This document shows positions 30,156-40,063 of a stretch of 64,000 nt of DNA, piece by piece. Numbering within the stretch: the stretch's first letter is position 1; the number at the start of each line of letters is the position of its first letter. The notes below the pieces were generated by a model. It was not told where the DNA came from and ran no database searches. It saw only the letters and a list, made by a program, of their open reading frames with translations. Made by a program: the position numbers and the translations under genes. This stretch comes from Patescibacteria group bacterium (lineage in GTDB: Bacteria > Patescibacteriota > Minisyncoccia > Phycocordibacterales > Phycocordibacteraceae): assembly GCA_019744845.1 (NCBI GenBank), contig JAIETW010000002.1, positions 69,759 through 133,758 on the forward strand, given 5' to 3'.

Positions 30156-31406
30156 TTAGCGCCAGGAACGGCGGGTAGAGGTAGCGACGTCAGCAACAGA
30201 GCGCACGAGCCAGAGTGGTGCGATAAGACCATACACGAACATATAGCCCAAGATTCCGACGCCAAGATTTGCAGGGGTGTGAGAGATCTTGCGACCCACG
30301 AGTACGAAAAGGATGCTGCCCACCACTGCCACGACCGCAAGAAGGGTGAAGAGGGTGAGAGGGAAGTAGAACCACTCAATGGCATTAAGTTTTGGCACGA
30401 TGGTGCTTACGGTGTAATCAAGCGGAACGCCTGACGCAATCAAGAAGGTGTTTACTCCTTCTTTGACGAGCTGATAGATCACAATACCGAACATAAGGAT
30501 ACCGCCGATGATAGCGAAGAATCCAAGAGGAAGGACGATAAGGCCGAGTGCACCATAACGAGGGTTACCCACGAGGCCACGATACTCGTAGAGCATGTTG
30601 CGGAGGAAGCCGGTGGTCCAGCGGGTGCGCTGCTTCACGAGAGAGGGAACGGAGCGTGGAGTAGCAGTCTCTACGCGTGCCTTTGGAGCGCTATCAATCT
30701 TGTAGCCTGCCTGCTGCATACGGAGTGCCATCTCCATGTCTTCGGTGTTGTGTCCGTGGCGGAACCCACCAATCTTTTCAATGATGTCGCGGCGGTAGAG
30801 AGAGAATGGTCCTGGTGTCACGTAGATGCCGTTCACTGCCGCAAGAATGTGACGAAGGGCAATACCCATGATGTATTCGGCATTCTGCATCCGCTCAAGA
30901 ATGTTCTTTGGTTTGTGGACTGACATGGCGGCGGTAGTAGCGCCCACCTCAGGATCATCAAAACAGGAGATCATCTCACGAAGTGCATCTGTATGTACGA
31001 AAGAGTCTGCATCAAGACAGCCCACAATCTCGGCGTCTTTTGCGGCGTCTATACCCGCGTTAAGCGCAACGTGCTTTCCACCATTTTCCTGATGAATGAC
31101 GGTGACCTGTGCGTAGTGCGCAAAGCTGTCCATCACTTTTCCAGTCGCATCAGTAGAGCCATCGTTCACGAGAATGATCTGGAGCTTCTCCTTTGGATAC
31201 TCAAGGGCGAGAAGGGACTCCACAGTGCCGCCGACCGTCTTCTCTTCGTTGAAGCAGGGCACAATCATCGCAACCATGGGGGTCTTCTTTGAGATCGCAC
31301 GATCTCGTGCGTCTTTGGCAGGCTGGGACAGGAAGGTTACGAGCAAAAAGGCCTCAAAGTAGATGGCCGCAAAGAGAAAAGGATACGCGAGTACCGTAAG
31401 ATCCAT
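30156..31406 (-). CDS. Processive GT2 glycosyltransferase (PgaC/cellulose-synthase-like)
   Basis: PCFNEE, NDGSTD, DAD, TED, QRTRW, C-terminal TMs. Confidence 0.9.
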   Translation of the reverse strand: MDLTVLAYPFLFAAIYFEAFLLVTFLSQPAKDARDRAISKKTPMVAMIVPCFNEEKTVGGTVESLLALEYPKEKLQIILVNDGSTDATGKVMDSFAHYAQVTVIHQENGGKHVALNAGIDAAKDAEIVGCLDADSFVHTDALREMISCFDDPEVGATTAAMSVHKPKNILERMQNAEYIMGIALRHILAAVNGIYVTPGPFSLYRRDIIEKIGGFRHGHNTEDMEMALRMQQAGYKIDSAPKARVETATPRSVPSLVKQRTRWTTGFLRNMLYEYRGLVGNPRYGALGLIVLPLGFFAIIGGILMFGIVIYQLVKEGVNTFLIASGVPLDYTVSTIVPKLNAIEWFYFPLTLFTLLAVVAVVGSILFVLVGRKISHTPANLGVGILGYMFVYGLIAPLWLVRSVADVATSTRRSWR

Positions 31407-31464
31407 ATGCCGTAATTTGTGTTGAAGTATAGCAAATTTGGCCTATTTTCTCTATACTGGGCGG

Positions 31465-32184
31465 ATGAACGAGGGGAAACTCCATCCTATTACGGTCGCG
31501 ACTCGTGACATAGCTGATATCTTCGGTCGCATGGGGTTTTCTGTTGAATACGGTCCCGAACTTGAGGACGACTGGCATAACTTCACTGCGCTTAACATTC
31601 CCGCCGATCACCCTGCGCGCGATATGCAGGATACTTTCTGGACCAAGGAGGAGACTCCCCGTGTACCGCGCACACATACCACGGCGGTGTCTATTCGCTG
31701 TCTCGAGAAGATGGCAAGGGAAGGGCTCACGTCCTATCGTGCCATTTCTCCTGCAAAAGTATTTCGTAACGAGCGAACCGACCTCACGCACGAGGCGCAG
31801 TTCTATCAGCTTGATGGATTTGCCGTCGGTCCTGACATAACCCTTGCACATTTGAAAGGAACCTTTGAAACATTCTTCCGGGAATTTCTTGGTCCGGAAG
31901 CAAAGATTAGATTCCGTCCAAGCTTCTTCGGGTTTACCGAGCCCTCAGTAGAAGTAGATATGTGGTTCCAGCCGGAAGGGAAGGAAGGTCGCTGGCTTGA
32001 GTACTGTGGCGCCGGCATGCTGCATCCGAACGTGATTCGCAATGCAGGCCTCGACCCCGCGAAGGTACAAGGCTTTGCATGGGGTGGGGGGCTTGAGCGC
32101 CTCATTATGATTAAGTCTGGGGTACCGGATGTACGCATGTTCCATAACGGAGACATTCGTTTCGTGCACGGATTTTCAAAATAG
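31465..32184 (+). CDS. pheS: Phenylalanine-tRNA ligase alpha subunit (no N-terminal coiled coil)
   Basis: HPARDMQDTF, FRNE, RFRPSFF.FTEPS, GFAWGGGLER. Confidence 0.95.
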   Translation: MNEGKLHPITVATRDIADIFGRMGFSVEYGPELEDDWHNFTALNIPADHPARDMQDTFWTKEETPRVPRTHTTAVSIRCLEKMAREGLTSYRAISPAKVFRNERTDLTHEAQFYQLDGFAVGPDITLAHLKGTFETFFREFLGPEAKIRFRPSFFGFTEPSVEVDMWFQPEGKEGRWLEYCGAGMLHPNVIRNAGLDPAKVQGFAWGGGLERLIMIKSGVPDVRMFHNGDIRFVHGFSK

Positions 32185-32186
32185 AT

Positions 32187-34052
32187 ATGAAAGTCTCACG
32201 TACCTGGCTGCAGAAATATTTTGATACTGAACTTCCTTCAGCAGAGGAGCTTGGCAATGCGCTTACCTTCCATGCGTTTGAGATAGAGGAGATAGAAGGA
32301 GACATGCTTGATGTAAAAGTGCTTCCTGATCGTGCCTGCTATGCACTCTCACATCGTGGTATTGCAAAAGAGATCTCCGCGATTCTGAGTATTCCAATGA
32401 AGTTAGACCCGCTTCGTGAGGCGGTGCCTGCGGTTGCAACGACTAAGAATCTTGTGGTGACTGCAGATCCTGAGTATGTGCGGCGCCACACGGGAGCATT
32501 GGTGCGCGGTGTAAAGGTGGGCCCTTCACCAGAGTGGCTCCGCACCGCACTTGAAGCAGTGGGGCAGCGCTCCATCAATAACGTGGTAGATATTTCTAAC
32601 TACGTAATGCTTGATATTGGGCAACCATCTGGTGCATTTGATCTTGCGAAACTGAAGCCAGAGAATGACGTCTACAAGATTGATATTCGTCGCGCTACAC
32701 AGGGTGAGAAGTTTCTTGCGCTCACCGGAGAAACCTATGAACTCTCTGACACCATGTTCGTATTCTCTGATGCAGTTGGTGGGTTAGTAATGGATGTGGC
32801 GGGTGTGAAGGGTGGAAAAGAGTCTGGAGTCACAGAAGCAACCACCGACATTTTCCTTTCGGTTGGAAACTATGACGGCACACTGATTCGCCGCACTGCA
32901 CAGAAACTCCACCTCTTCACGGATGCAAGCTCACGGTATCAGAATCGTCCATCACCAGAACTCACCGCGTACGGTATGCGCGATATTCTTGCGCTTCTTG
33001 CTGAGGTGACGGGAGGAACCGTAGAAGGTGTGGTTGATTTCTATCCGTCACCAGTACCTATGCCAACGGTGTCCTTCTCTCCTGAATTTGTTAACAAGAA
33101 ACTTGGTACGTCTTTCAGCGCACCTGACATACTTGGCGCACTGACTCGTCTCGGACTTTCGCATACCAAAGAAGGGGAGTCAGTTATTGTGACGCCACCG
33201 TATGAGCGGGGTGATATTAGTATCCCTGAAGATCTTGTAGAAGAAGTGGGACGCATCATTGGATATGATCAGGTGACACCGGTACCGATGCCAGAGATTC
33301 CGGCACCTCCACAGTTGAAATATCGTGGCATTGAGCGTATACGCGATCTTCTGGTTGCACGTGGCTTTACCGAAATCTCCACGCCTTCGTTTGCAGTGAA
33401 GGGTGACATTCTTCTTTCAAATCCGCTTCAGGAGGATAAACCGTACCTTCGTCCTAATTTTCGCGTGAACATGGAAGAGGCACTTACGCGTGCAGTGAAT
33501 GTGGCGCCACGCGTCCTTGGTCCGGTGTCAGAAGTAAAGCTTTTTGAGCTTGGAACTATCTTCACTAAGGAAGGAGAGAAGATGGCACTTGCGGTTGGAA
33601 GCAAGATCGTGACTGGTAAGAAGCGCCCACTCACGATTGAGAACATAGAAGAATTCTCAGGCATGCTCTCAGGGAGTGCAGACGAAGTGCTTGAGGTTAC
33701 GCTTGATGATGCGGCGCTAGAGACATTTGGCGCGGGATACGAGCCAAAGAAAGAGGGGCTTGGTGCGTTTGGACAGTTCTCGGTATATCCTTTTGCCCTT
33801 CGCGATGTCGCCGTGTGGACTCCTGAGGGAACAAGGGAAGAGACAGTTGCAGGCATAATCCGTGAAGGTTCCGGCTCTCTTCTCGTGCGGCTTGATTGCT
33901 TTGATAGTTTTGCGAAAGAAGGCCGCGTATCGTATGCGTTCCGTTTGGTGCTTGAGGCAGCCGACCACACGCTTACAGATGTGGAGCTTGGAGAGGTCAT
34001 GGGAAAGGTGACAAAGGCACTCCAGGAAACCTTAGGCTACGAGGTGCGGTAG
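32187..34052 (+). CDS. pheT: Phenylalanine-tRNA ligase beta subunit (reduced)
   Basis: PDR..ALSHRG, INNVVDISNYVM, DLVEEVGRIIGYD, C-terminal FDX-ACB. Confidence 0.93.
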   Translation: MKVSRTWLQKYFDTELPSAEELGNALTFHAFEIEEIEGDMLDVKVLPDRACYALSHRGIAKEISAILSIPMKLDPLREAVPAVATTKNLVVTADPEYVRRHTGALVRGVKVGPSPEWLRTALEAVGQRSINNVVDISNYVMLDIGQPSGAFDLAKLKPENDVYKIDIRRATQGEKFLALTGETYELSDTMFVFSDAVGGLVMDVAGVKGGKESGVTEATTDIFLSVGNYDGTLIRRTAQKLHLFTDASSRYQNRPSPELTAYGMRDILALLAEVTGGTVEGVVDFYPSPVPMPTVSFSPEFVNKKLGTSFSAPDILGALTRLGLSHTKEGESVIVTPPYERGDISIPEDLVEEVGRIIGYDQVTPVPMPEIPAPPQLKYRGIERIRDLLVARGFTEISTPSFAVKGDILLSNPLQEDKPYLRPNFRVNMEEALTRAVNVAPRVLGPVSEVKLFELGTIFTKEGEKMALAVGSKIVTGKKRPLTIENIEEFSGMLSGSADEVLEVTLDDAALETFGAGYEPKKEGLGAFGQFSVYPFALRDVAVWTPEGTREETVAGIIREGSGSLLVRLDCFDSFAKEGRVSYAFRLVLEAADHTLTDVELGEVMGKVTKALQETLGYEVR

Positions 34053-34065
34053 TATAGGGAAGACA

Positions 34066-35088
34066 ATGGAACCTGCTCCCGGACTCCGTATCGCGATCGT
34101 CACTGACGCCTACTTCCCGCACATAAGCGGGGTAGCGACGACGCTCAAGGCTACCTGCGAAGAGCTAGAGAAGCAGGGCAATATCGTAAAGATCATCGCA
34201 CCACGTGATTTCCCGTTGGTAATTCCTGCGCCGACGTACCCAGAGATTAAGCTGACTCTTTTTCCATACAAGCGTCTAGAAAAGATGCTTGATGAATTCA
34301 AGCCTGATTCTATTCACGTCGCTGTTGAAGGGCCTCTTGGTCTTGCCGCGCGTAAGTATGCAAAGAAGCGGAAGATGTGTTACACCACCGCGTACCACAC
34401 ACGCTTCCCAGAATATGTGCACTGTCGTACCGGCATTCCAACCTCATGGGTATATGCCTTTGCCCGCTGGTTCCATAACGGTGGATCAGGAGTGATGGTG
34501 GCAGCACACTCGCTCATAAAAGAGCTTGAGGGGCATGGTTTTAAGAATCTTCGCTATTGGCCGCGTGGCGTAGACAGTGAACTGTTTAATCCTGAGAATC
34601 CAATTGCGCTTACCGGAGAGCGTCCCATCTTTATGTACATGGGTCGCGTGTCGGTAGAGAAGAACCTTGATGCGTTTCTCTCACTAGATCTTCCGGGTAC
34701 TAAATATATTGTCGGAGATGGTCCGGCACGAAAGGCTCTTGAGAAGAAGTATCCAAACGTTATCTTTACCGGCTACAAATTCGGCAAAGAGCTCGCACAG
34801 CATGTAGCCGCTGCGGATGTGTTTGTCTTTCCGTCCCTCACCGATACGCTCGGGCTCGTGATGCTAGAGGCGAACGCGTGCGGAGTACCGGTTGCGGCGC
34901 TTCCATCACAAGCCTCTTCTACCGTCATCAAGGAGGGCGAGAACGGCATCGTGTCTGCCGATCTTAAGGATGCCTGCCTTCGTGCACTCACACTCTCACG
35001 TGAGCGCGCTCGTGCCATTGCAATTGAATCTGGATGGAAGGAGCCCGGCGAACTCTTTTTGAAGAATCTCGTGTGCGCGGTAGAGTAG
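34066..35088 (+). CDS. GT4 glycosyltransferase
   Basis: TDAYFPHISGV, GRVSVEKN, PSLTDTLGLVMLEANACG. Confidence 0.9.
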   Translation: MEPAPGLRIAIVTDAYFPHISGVATTLKATCEELEKQGNIVKIIAPRDFPLVIPAPTYPEIKLTLFPYKRLEKMLDEFKPDSIHVAVEGPLGLAARKYAKKRKMCYTTAYHTRFPEYVHCRTGIPTSWVYAFARWFHNGGSGVMVAAHSLIKELEGHGFKNLRYWPRGVDSELFNPENPIALTGERPIFMYMGRVSVEKNLDAFLSLDLPGTKYIVGDGPARKALEKKYPNVIFTGYKFGKELAQHVAAADVFVFPSLTDTLGLVMLEANACGVPVAALPSQASSTVIKEGENGIVSADLKDACLRALTLSRERARAIAIESGWKEPGELFLKNLVCAVE

Positions 35089-35091
35089 GGT

Positions 35092-35490
35092 ATGGCTGAA
35101 AACGTACAAGAAACAAAGGAGAGTGGTCCGAAGTGGGAGAAGATAACCGCACAACAGTTTCTTCTTGAAGTAGAACGCTGTGCAAACAATGCACGTCAGC
35201 AAAAGCTAGATCCGATGCATGCAGAACAATTCTCCTATGAGTTTGATGAGATACACATCGTCCCTCCTGCTGGTATAGAGCTTTCGTTTACCAATGCGGC
35301 ATACACCATGGATCCTGACCGCAGGTTTGTCATTATAGGGAATCGGGGACACGGTATGAAAGACGCCCGTCAGCAATCACTTGTCGGTGGGGCAATCGTA
35401 CGAGAGATCTCCGTATTCGTCAGTTCTATTGAGGATCCTTCCACCGTGATCAAAGTAAAGCGTGCACCCATAAAGAGGACGGGGTGGTAG
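35092..35490 (+). CDS. Hypothetical protein
   Basis: 132-aa ORF directly after GT4 on the same strand. Confidence 0.55.
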   Translation: MAENVQETKESGPKWEKITAQQFLLEVERCANNARQQKLDPMHAEQFSYEFDEIHIVPPAGIELSFTNAAYTMDPDRRFVIIGNRGHGMKDARQQSLVGGAIVREISVFVSSIEDPSTVIKVKRAPIKRTGW

Positions 35491-35574
35491 ATTTTGGGGC
35501 GTAGCTAAGCCGTAGATTTCCACTTCTGGACGCGCAAAATAGGGCCTCCCGTGCTATACTTTTGGTAACACTAC

Positions 35575-37668
35575 ATGGCAAAGAAGGCAGAGAAAGAGGT
35601 GAAAGCACGCGGCGCCAAGAGCGCCGGTGCTGCTAATAAGGGGTACGACGCCTCTTCCATTACTGTCCTTGAAGGACTTGACCCGGTGCGTAAGCGCCCG
35701 GGTATGTACATTGGTACCACCGGTCCCGATGGTCTCCATCACCTCATTTGGGAGGTGTTTGATAACTCACGCGACGAAGCGATGGGTGGGTTTGCAGACG
35801 ATATTGAAGTGGCGCTTCTTCCAGGGAACCGCATTCGTGTTGTAGACAACGGTCGCGGTATTCCAGTTGATAAGCACCCTGCAACTAAGGTCTCTGCACT
35901 TGAGACCATCATGACCACCCTTCACGCGGGAGGTAAGTTCGGTGGGGAAGCGTCGGGATACAAAGTGTCTGGAGGTTTGCACGGCGTGGGTGTGTCGGTG
36001 GTGAATGCGCTTTCTGTATGGACTCGTGCAGAAGTACATCGTGATGGCGCCTCACACTTTCAGGAGTACAAGATTGGTAAGGCGCAGGCGTCCGTAAAAA
36101 AGATCGGTTCCTCCAACAATCAGGGAACCATCATCACTTTTGAGGCTGATGCAACGATTTTCAATGAAGTGAAATATGACTGGAACCGTATCGTCGCGCA
36201 CCTCCGTCAGCAGGCATACCTCGTAAAGGGAACCCGCATCACGGTCATTGACGCACGTGGTCTTGAGAAGGTGAACGATCAAGAGGCCTTCTATCTCCGT
36301 GAGCTCGGTCTTGAGACTCCTTCCATGTCGTTCTACTTTGAAGGAGGTCTTCGCTCTCTTGTTGCGTTCTATAACCAGCATCAGACTGTAGGACACAAGA
36401 ATATTTTTTACGCAGATGCAGAGAAGGATGGAGTCGCAGTGGAGGTTGCGCTTCAGTACACTGACGACATTACGCCGCGCTTGATGGCGTTTGCAAACAA
36501 CATCTACAACCCAGAGCATGGCACGCATGTGACTGGCTTTAAGACCGCACTCACACGCACGCTTAACTCCTATGGTCGTTCCGCAGGTATTTTGAAAGAC
36601 AGCGAAGAGAACTTTACTGGAGACGATGTGCTTGAGGGTATTACCGCAGTCATTTCAGTGAAGATGCCGGAGATTCAGTTTGAAGGTCAGACGAAAGGAA
36701 AGCTTGGGTCTGTTGAGGCTCGTGGTGCCGTAGAGGCAGTGTTCGGTGAGCAGTTCGCATCCTTCCTTGAAGAAAATCCGGATGATGGACGTGCCATCGT
36801 CAACAAAGTACTTCTCGCACTTAAGGCTCGTAAGGCCGCAAAAGCCGCAAAGGATTCTGTGCTTCGTAAGGGAGCGCTTGAGGGCATGACGCTTCCAGGC
36901 AAGCTTGCCGACTGTCAGACCAAGGATGCCTCAGAATCAGAGCTCTTTATCGTAGAGGGAGATTCTGCAGGCGGTACTGCAAAGACCGGACGCGATCGCC
37001 GCACCCAGGCCATCCTTCCGCTTCGTGGAAAGATTTTGAACATTGAGCGCGCACGTCTTGATAAGATGCTCGCCTCTGAGCAGATTAAGAATCTCGTGAT
37101 TGCACTTGGAACCGCCATTGGCGACGTGTTTGATATTACGAAGCTCCGCTACCACAAGGTCATTATCGCAACCGACGCCGACGTGGACGGCGCACACATT
37201 CGTACGCTTATTTTGACCCTTTTGTATCGCCATTTCCGTCCGGTGATTGATGGAGGATTTATCTACATTGCGCAGCCACCGCTCTACAAGATTAAGCGTG
37301 GGAAGGAAGTTTATTATGCGTACACTGACGAAGAGAAGTTTAAGATAGTGGGTAAGGACGCAGAGATAGAAGAGCCACAGGCAGGCACAGAAGAGGAGCC
37401 TGAAGAAGAAGGAGAAGAGGAAGAGACGAAAGCAAAGAGCAAGAAACCTGCGAAGTTCTCTCTCCAGCGGTACAAAGGTCTCGGAGAGATGAATGCATCT
37501 GAGCTATGGGAAACCACCATGGACCCTGCACGTCGCATCTTGAAGCGTGTCACGGTGGAAGATGCGTCAGAAGCAGATCGTATCTTTGATGTACTCATGG
37601 GTAACGATGTTGCCAGCCGCAAGTCCTTTATTCAGAGCAACGCCAAGCTCGCCAACATTGATGTCTAA
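35575..37668 (+). CDS. gyrB: DNA gyrase subunit B
   Basis: VRKRPGMYIG, EGDSAGG, PLRGKILN, DADVDG, QRYKGLGEM. Confidence 0.95.
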   Translation: MAKKAEKEVKARGAKSAGAANKGYDASSITVLEGLDPVRKRPGMYIGTTGPDGLHHLIWEVFDNSRDEAMGGFADDIEVALLPGNRIRVVDNGRGIPVDKHPATKVSALETIMTTLHAGGKFGGEASGYKVSGGLHGVGVSVVNALSVWTRAEVHRDGASHFQEYKIGKAQASVKKIGSSNNQGTIITFEADATIFNEVKYDWNRIVAHLRQQAYLVKGTRITVIDARGLEKVNDQEAFYLRELGLETPSMSFYFEGGLRSLVAFYNQHQTVGHKNIFYADAEKDGVAVEVALQYTDDITPRLMAFANNIYNPEHGTHVTGFKTALTRTLNSYGRSAGILKDSEENFTGDDVLEGITAVISVKMPEIQFEGQTKGKLGSVEARGAVEAVFGEQFASFLEENPDDGRAIVNKVLLALKARKAAKAAKDSVLRKGALEGMTLPGKLADCQTKDASESELFIVEGDSAGGTAKTGRDRRTQAILPLRGKILNIERARLDKMLASEQIKNLVIALGTAIGDVFDITKLRYHKVIIATDADVDGAHIRTLILTLLYRHFRPVIDGGFIYIAQPPLYKIKRGKEVYYAYTDEEKFKIVGKDAEIEEPQAGTEEEPEEEGEEEETKAKSKKPAKFSLQRYKGLGEMNASELWETTMDPARRILKRVTVEDASEADRIFDVLMGNDVASRKSFIQSNAKLANIDV

Positions 37669-38431
37669 TCGCGACGCGCACCGACCACCACGAATGATCG
37701 GGGGAGGCACTCTTCCTGAAATGCCTGCTGCATACAAGACTGCAATTACCTCCATGTTCCCGTATGGCGTTGAAGATTACGATGGTCGTCGTGGACGGTC
37801 GCTTGAGCGGTATCTTGAACGTACTGGCCTTACTTTGGAAGAGCTATTCACTGCCGATATCATCCTTGATCTTGGATCAGGACCAGAAGCACGTTTTCGT
37901 GATGAACTTATGGAAGCAGCAAAAAAGGCCGGAGTAAGTCCGCTCCCTCACGTTATTTCAGTGAGTCTTGCGTATGCAGATCCAGAGATCCGTAAAAACT
38001 TACTTGATAAATCAGGAAGCGCAGAGGGTGTGGTGGCGGCAGACGTAGAAAAGCTTCCATTTAAGGACGGTACCTTTACGAAAATTGTGGCAGTGCATCT
38101 TTTTACACACCTTGCAGAAGAAAAGCTTGCAGGAGCAGTTGCGGAGGTAGAGCGTATTCTTGCGCCTAATGGAACTCTGGTCATCGTTCCTGTACTTGCT
38201 CCAAAAGAAAAGGGAGACTACGCGTTTGATCTTACCCAGGCTGAGGCGGACAATCTCAAAGGACGTGCAATGGAAGATGCCTGGGTGCGCCGATCAGTAC
38301 ACCTCTCAGGACTTATCAGTCATCAGTTTTTTGGGAAGGGGAAAGTGCGGGTGAGCGATCTTACTCCCGAGATGGGCTCAGAAGTACAGCTGTATAAACT
38401 TCGTCGTATTACGGCTGAGAAAGGAGAATAA
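37661..38431 (+). CDS. Class I SAM-dependent methyltransferase
   Basis: ILDLGSG, ADVEKLPFKDGTF, RILAPNG. Confidence 0.8.
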   Translation: MSNRDAHRPPRMIGGGTLPEMPAAYKTAITSMFPYGVEDYDGRRGRSLERYLERTGLTLEELFTADIILDLGSGPEARFRDELMEAAKKAGVSPLPHVISVSLAYADPEIRKNLLDKSGSAEGVVAADVEKLPFKDGTFTKIVAVHLFTHLAEEKLAGAVAEVERILAPNGTLVIVPVLAPKEKGDYAFDLTQAEADNLKGRAMEDAWVRRSVHLSGLISHQFFGKGKVRVSDLTPEMGSEVQLYKLRRITAEKGE

Positions 38432-38458
38432 AAACACCCGCGTCTAGCGGGTGTGTCT
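38432..38458. terminator. Hairpin terminator between convergent genes
   Basis: acacccgc-gtcta-gcgggtgt. Confidence 0.7.
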
Positions 38459-38459
38459 T

Positions 38460-39245
38460 TTAACTCTCTACGTCAATTCGTGCGGAGTCGTCGTTGTTGC
38501 GTTCGTTAGACTCAGTGATGGCATCGTTGTAGTCAACCTCAATCTCAATGACTCGGTTACGTCCTTCGTCTGGATCATCAAAGCCGATGGTAAAAATCTT
38601 AGAAGCGCCCGGGACTAGAGAAGACTGCCATGCGGACGTGTAGACATCATCATCGTTATCCTGGGTAGGGAGCTCTGCGCGGAAGCGCCAGAGGCCAGAA
38701 ACGTTAGTGCCGATATTGCGTACGGTAAAGCGGAAGGCACCACGCTCACCCTCAGGCACCTCGTCATCTTCGCGGAAAGAGGAGGCAGAAGAGGTGCGAA
38801 GGTATCCGACCTCAATAATTTCTACGGTGAGGTCAGGAAGACCGTAGTTGGAAGGAGTGCGAGGATAGTTGTAGTAGTACGTTGGGTACTGAACGATATT
38901 GGGCCCGCCCGTTGATGGGGGAAGAGTAGTTGGCGTTGTAGGAGTCGTGGTTGCGACAGGGGTGGTCGTTGCAGGAACTGGAACAAACACGGTTACAGTC
39001 GTGGTTGCAGGGCGGGTACCAGTGGTCGTTGCAGGCTCATTCGTTGGTTCAGACGAAAGATATACCGCAGAGGTGAGGCGAGAGATCGTGTCTGGTACAA
39101 AACGTGCGCCGTAAATGGCGAGCATGATGCCAAGGAAGACGAGTGCAAGAAAACCAACAACGGCAAGACCGTTTACGGCAGCGCGCTTTGCGGCCTGCTT
39201 TGTATCAGTTTCCTCTACGTGTGCGTCGTGATGTGGCGCGTTCAT
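38460..39245 (-). CDS. Membrane-anchored protein with Thr/Pro linker and CARDB-like domain
   Basis: LPDLTV...VRNIG...VDYNDAITESNERNN. Confidence 0.8.
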   Translation of the reverse strand: MNAPHHDAHVEETDTKQAAKRAAVNGLAVVGFLALVFLGIMLAIYGARFVPDTISRLTSAVYLSSEPTNEPATTTGTRPATTTVTVFVPVPATTTPVATTTPTTPTTLPPSTGGPNIVQYPTYYYNYPRTPSNYGLPDLTVEIIEVGYLRTSSASSFREDDEVPEGERGAFRFTVRNIGTNVSGLWRFRAELPTQDNDDDVYTSAWQSSLVPGASKIFTIGFDDPDEGRNRVIEIEVDYNDAITESNERNNDDSARIDVES

Positions 39246-39319
39246 TAAAGAGCAAGTTACCACACGAATTTGATTTGTCAATAGCACCCTCAGACTAGGC
39301 AGGCTATCCCCAGAAGAGC

Positions 39320-39348
39320 TTGACAATGCTATGTTTTATGCGTATAAT
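39320..39348 (+). promoter_or_regulatory. Consensus sigma70 promoter of the sortase gene
   Basis: TTGACA-N17-TATAAT. Confidence 0.85.
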
Positions 39349-39359
39349 CATTTTTAATT

Positions 39360-40013
39360 ATGGCCACCCTCGCAAAACAGGTGATCAAGGCCGCACGCCG
39401 CGCATACGCAAAGAAGTATGTCTTCCTTGGCGTATACTCATTCGTACTCTTTTTTGCACTCGTGATGCTTCAGGAACTTGGCGTCGCACCGTATCAGCTC
39501 GTGGATGCACGTGGCATGGCACCGATTGTGATTGATCGCAGTGAAGAAATTCGCGTTCCTGCAGATGCGGTAGGACAGAAGCCACTTCGCATTGAGATCC
39601 CAAAGGTAGGCATTGAGGCGTCAGTAAACAATCCTGAGTCTACGGATATCGCGGTCCTTGATGACGCGCTCCTTTCGGGCACCGTTCGTTACCCCACCTC
39701 CGCTACTCTTGGTGAAGAGGGGAATGTGGTGATTTTCGGCCATTCAAGTCACCTCCCTGTGGTACACAATCAGGCATTTAAGGCCTTTAACGACATTGAA
39801 AAGCTCGTAGAAGGGGACACGATTATTGTCTATGGTGAGACCTATCGTTATATCTACGCGGTAGAAACGGTAGAGCAAGCAGACGCCAACTCTGACCTCA
39901 TCCCCCTTGCGGTGGAGGGCTCAAAACTGACCCTTTCTACTTGTGACACCTTCCGGGCGAAGAGTGCTCGGTTCGTAGTTACTGCCACGCTCGTCCTCAC
40001 GGAGGCCGTTTGA
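39360..40013 (+). CDS. Sortase
   Basis: GNVVIFGH, LTLSTC, ARFVV. Confidence 0.9.
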   Translation: MATLAKQVIKAARRAYAKKYVFLGVYSFVLFFALVMLQELGVAPYQLVDARGMAPIVIDRSEEIRVPADAVGQKPLRIEIPKVGIEASVNNPESTDIAVLDDALLSGTVRYPTSATLGEEGNVVIFGHSSHLPVVHNQAFKAFNDIEKLVEGDTIIVYGETYRYIYAVETVEQADANSDLIPLAVEGSKLTLSTCDTFRAKSARFVVTATLVLTEAV

Positions 40014-40063
40014 CGGAGCGGAGGAAGAGGTATACTTATCACACAAGCTTAAAATTTATACTT

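Noticed and set aside
28918-31406. Integrative island at tRNA-Thr
   Set aside because: No integrase and no duplicated tRNA-Thr 3' end was found.
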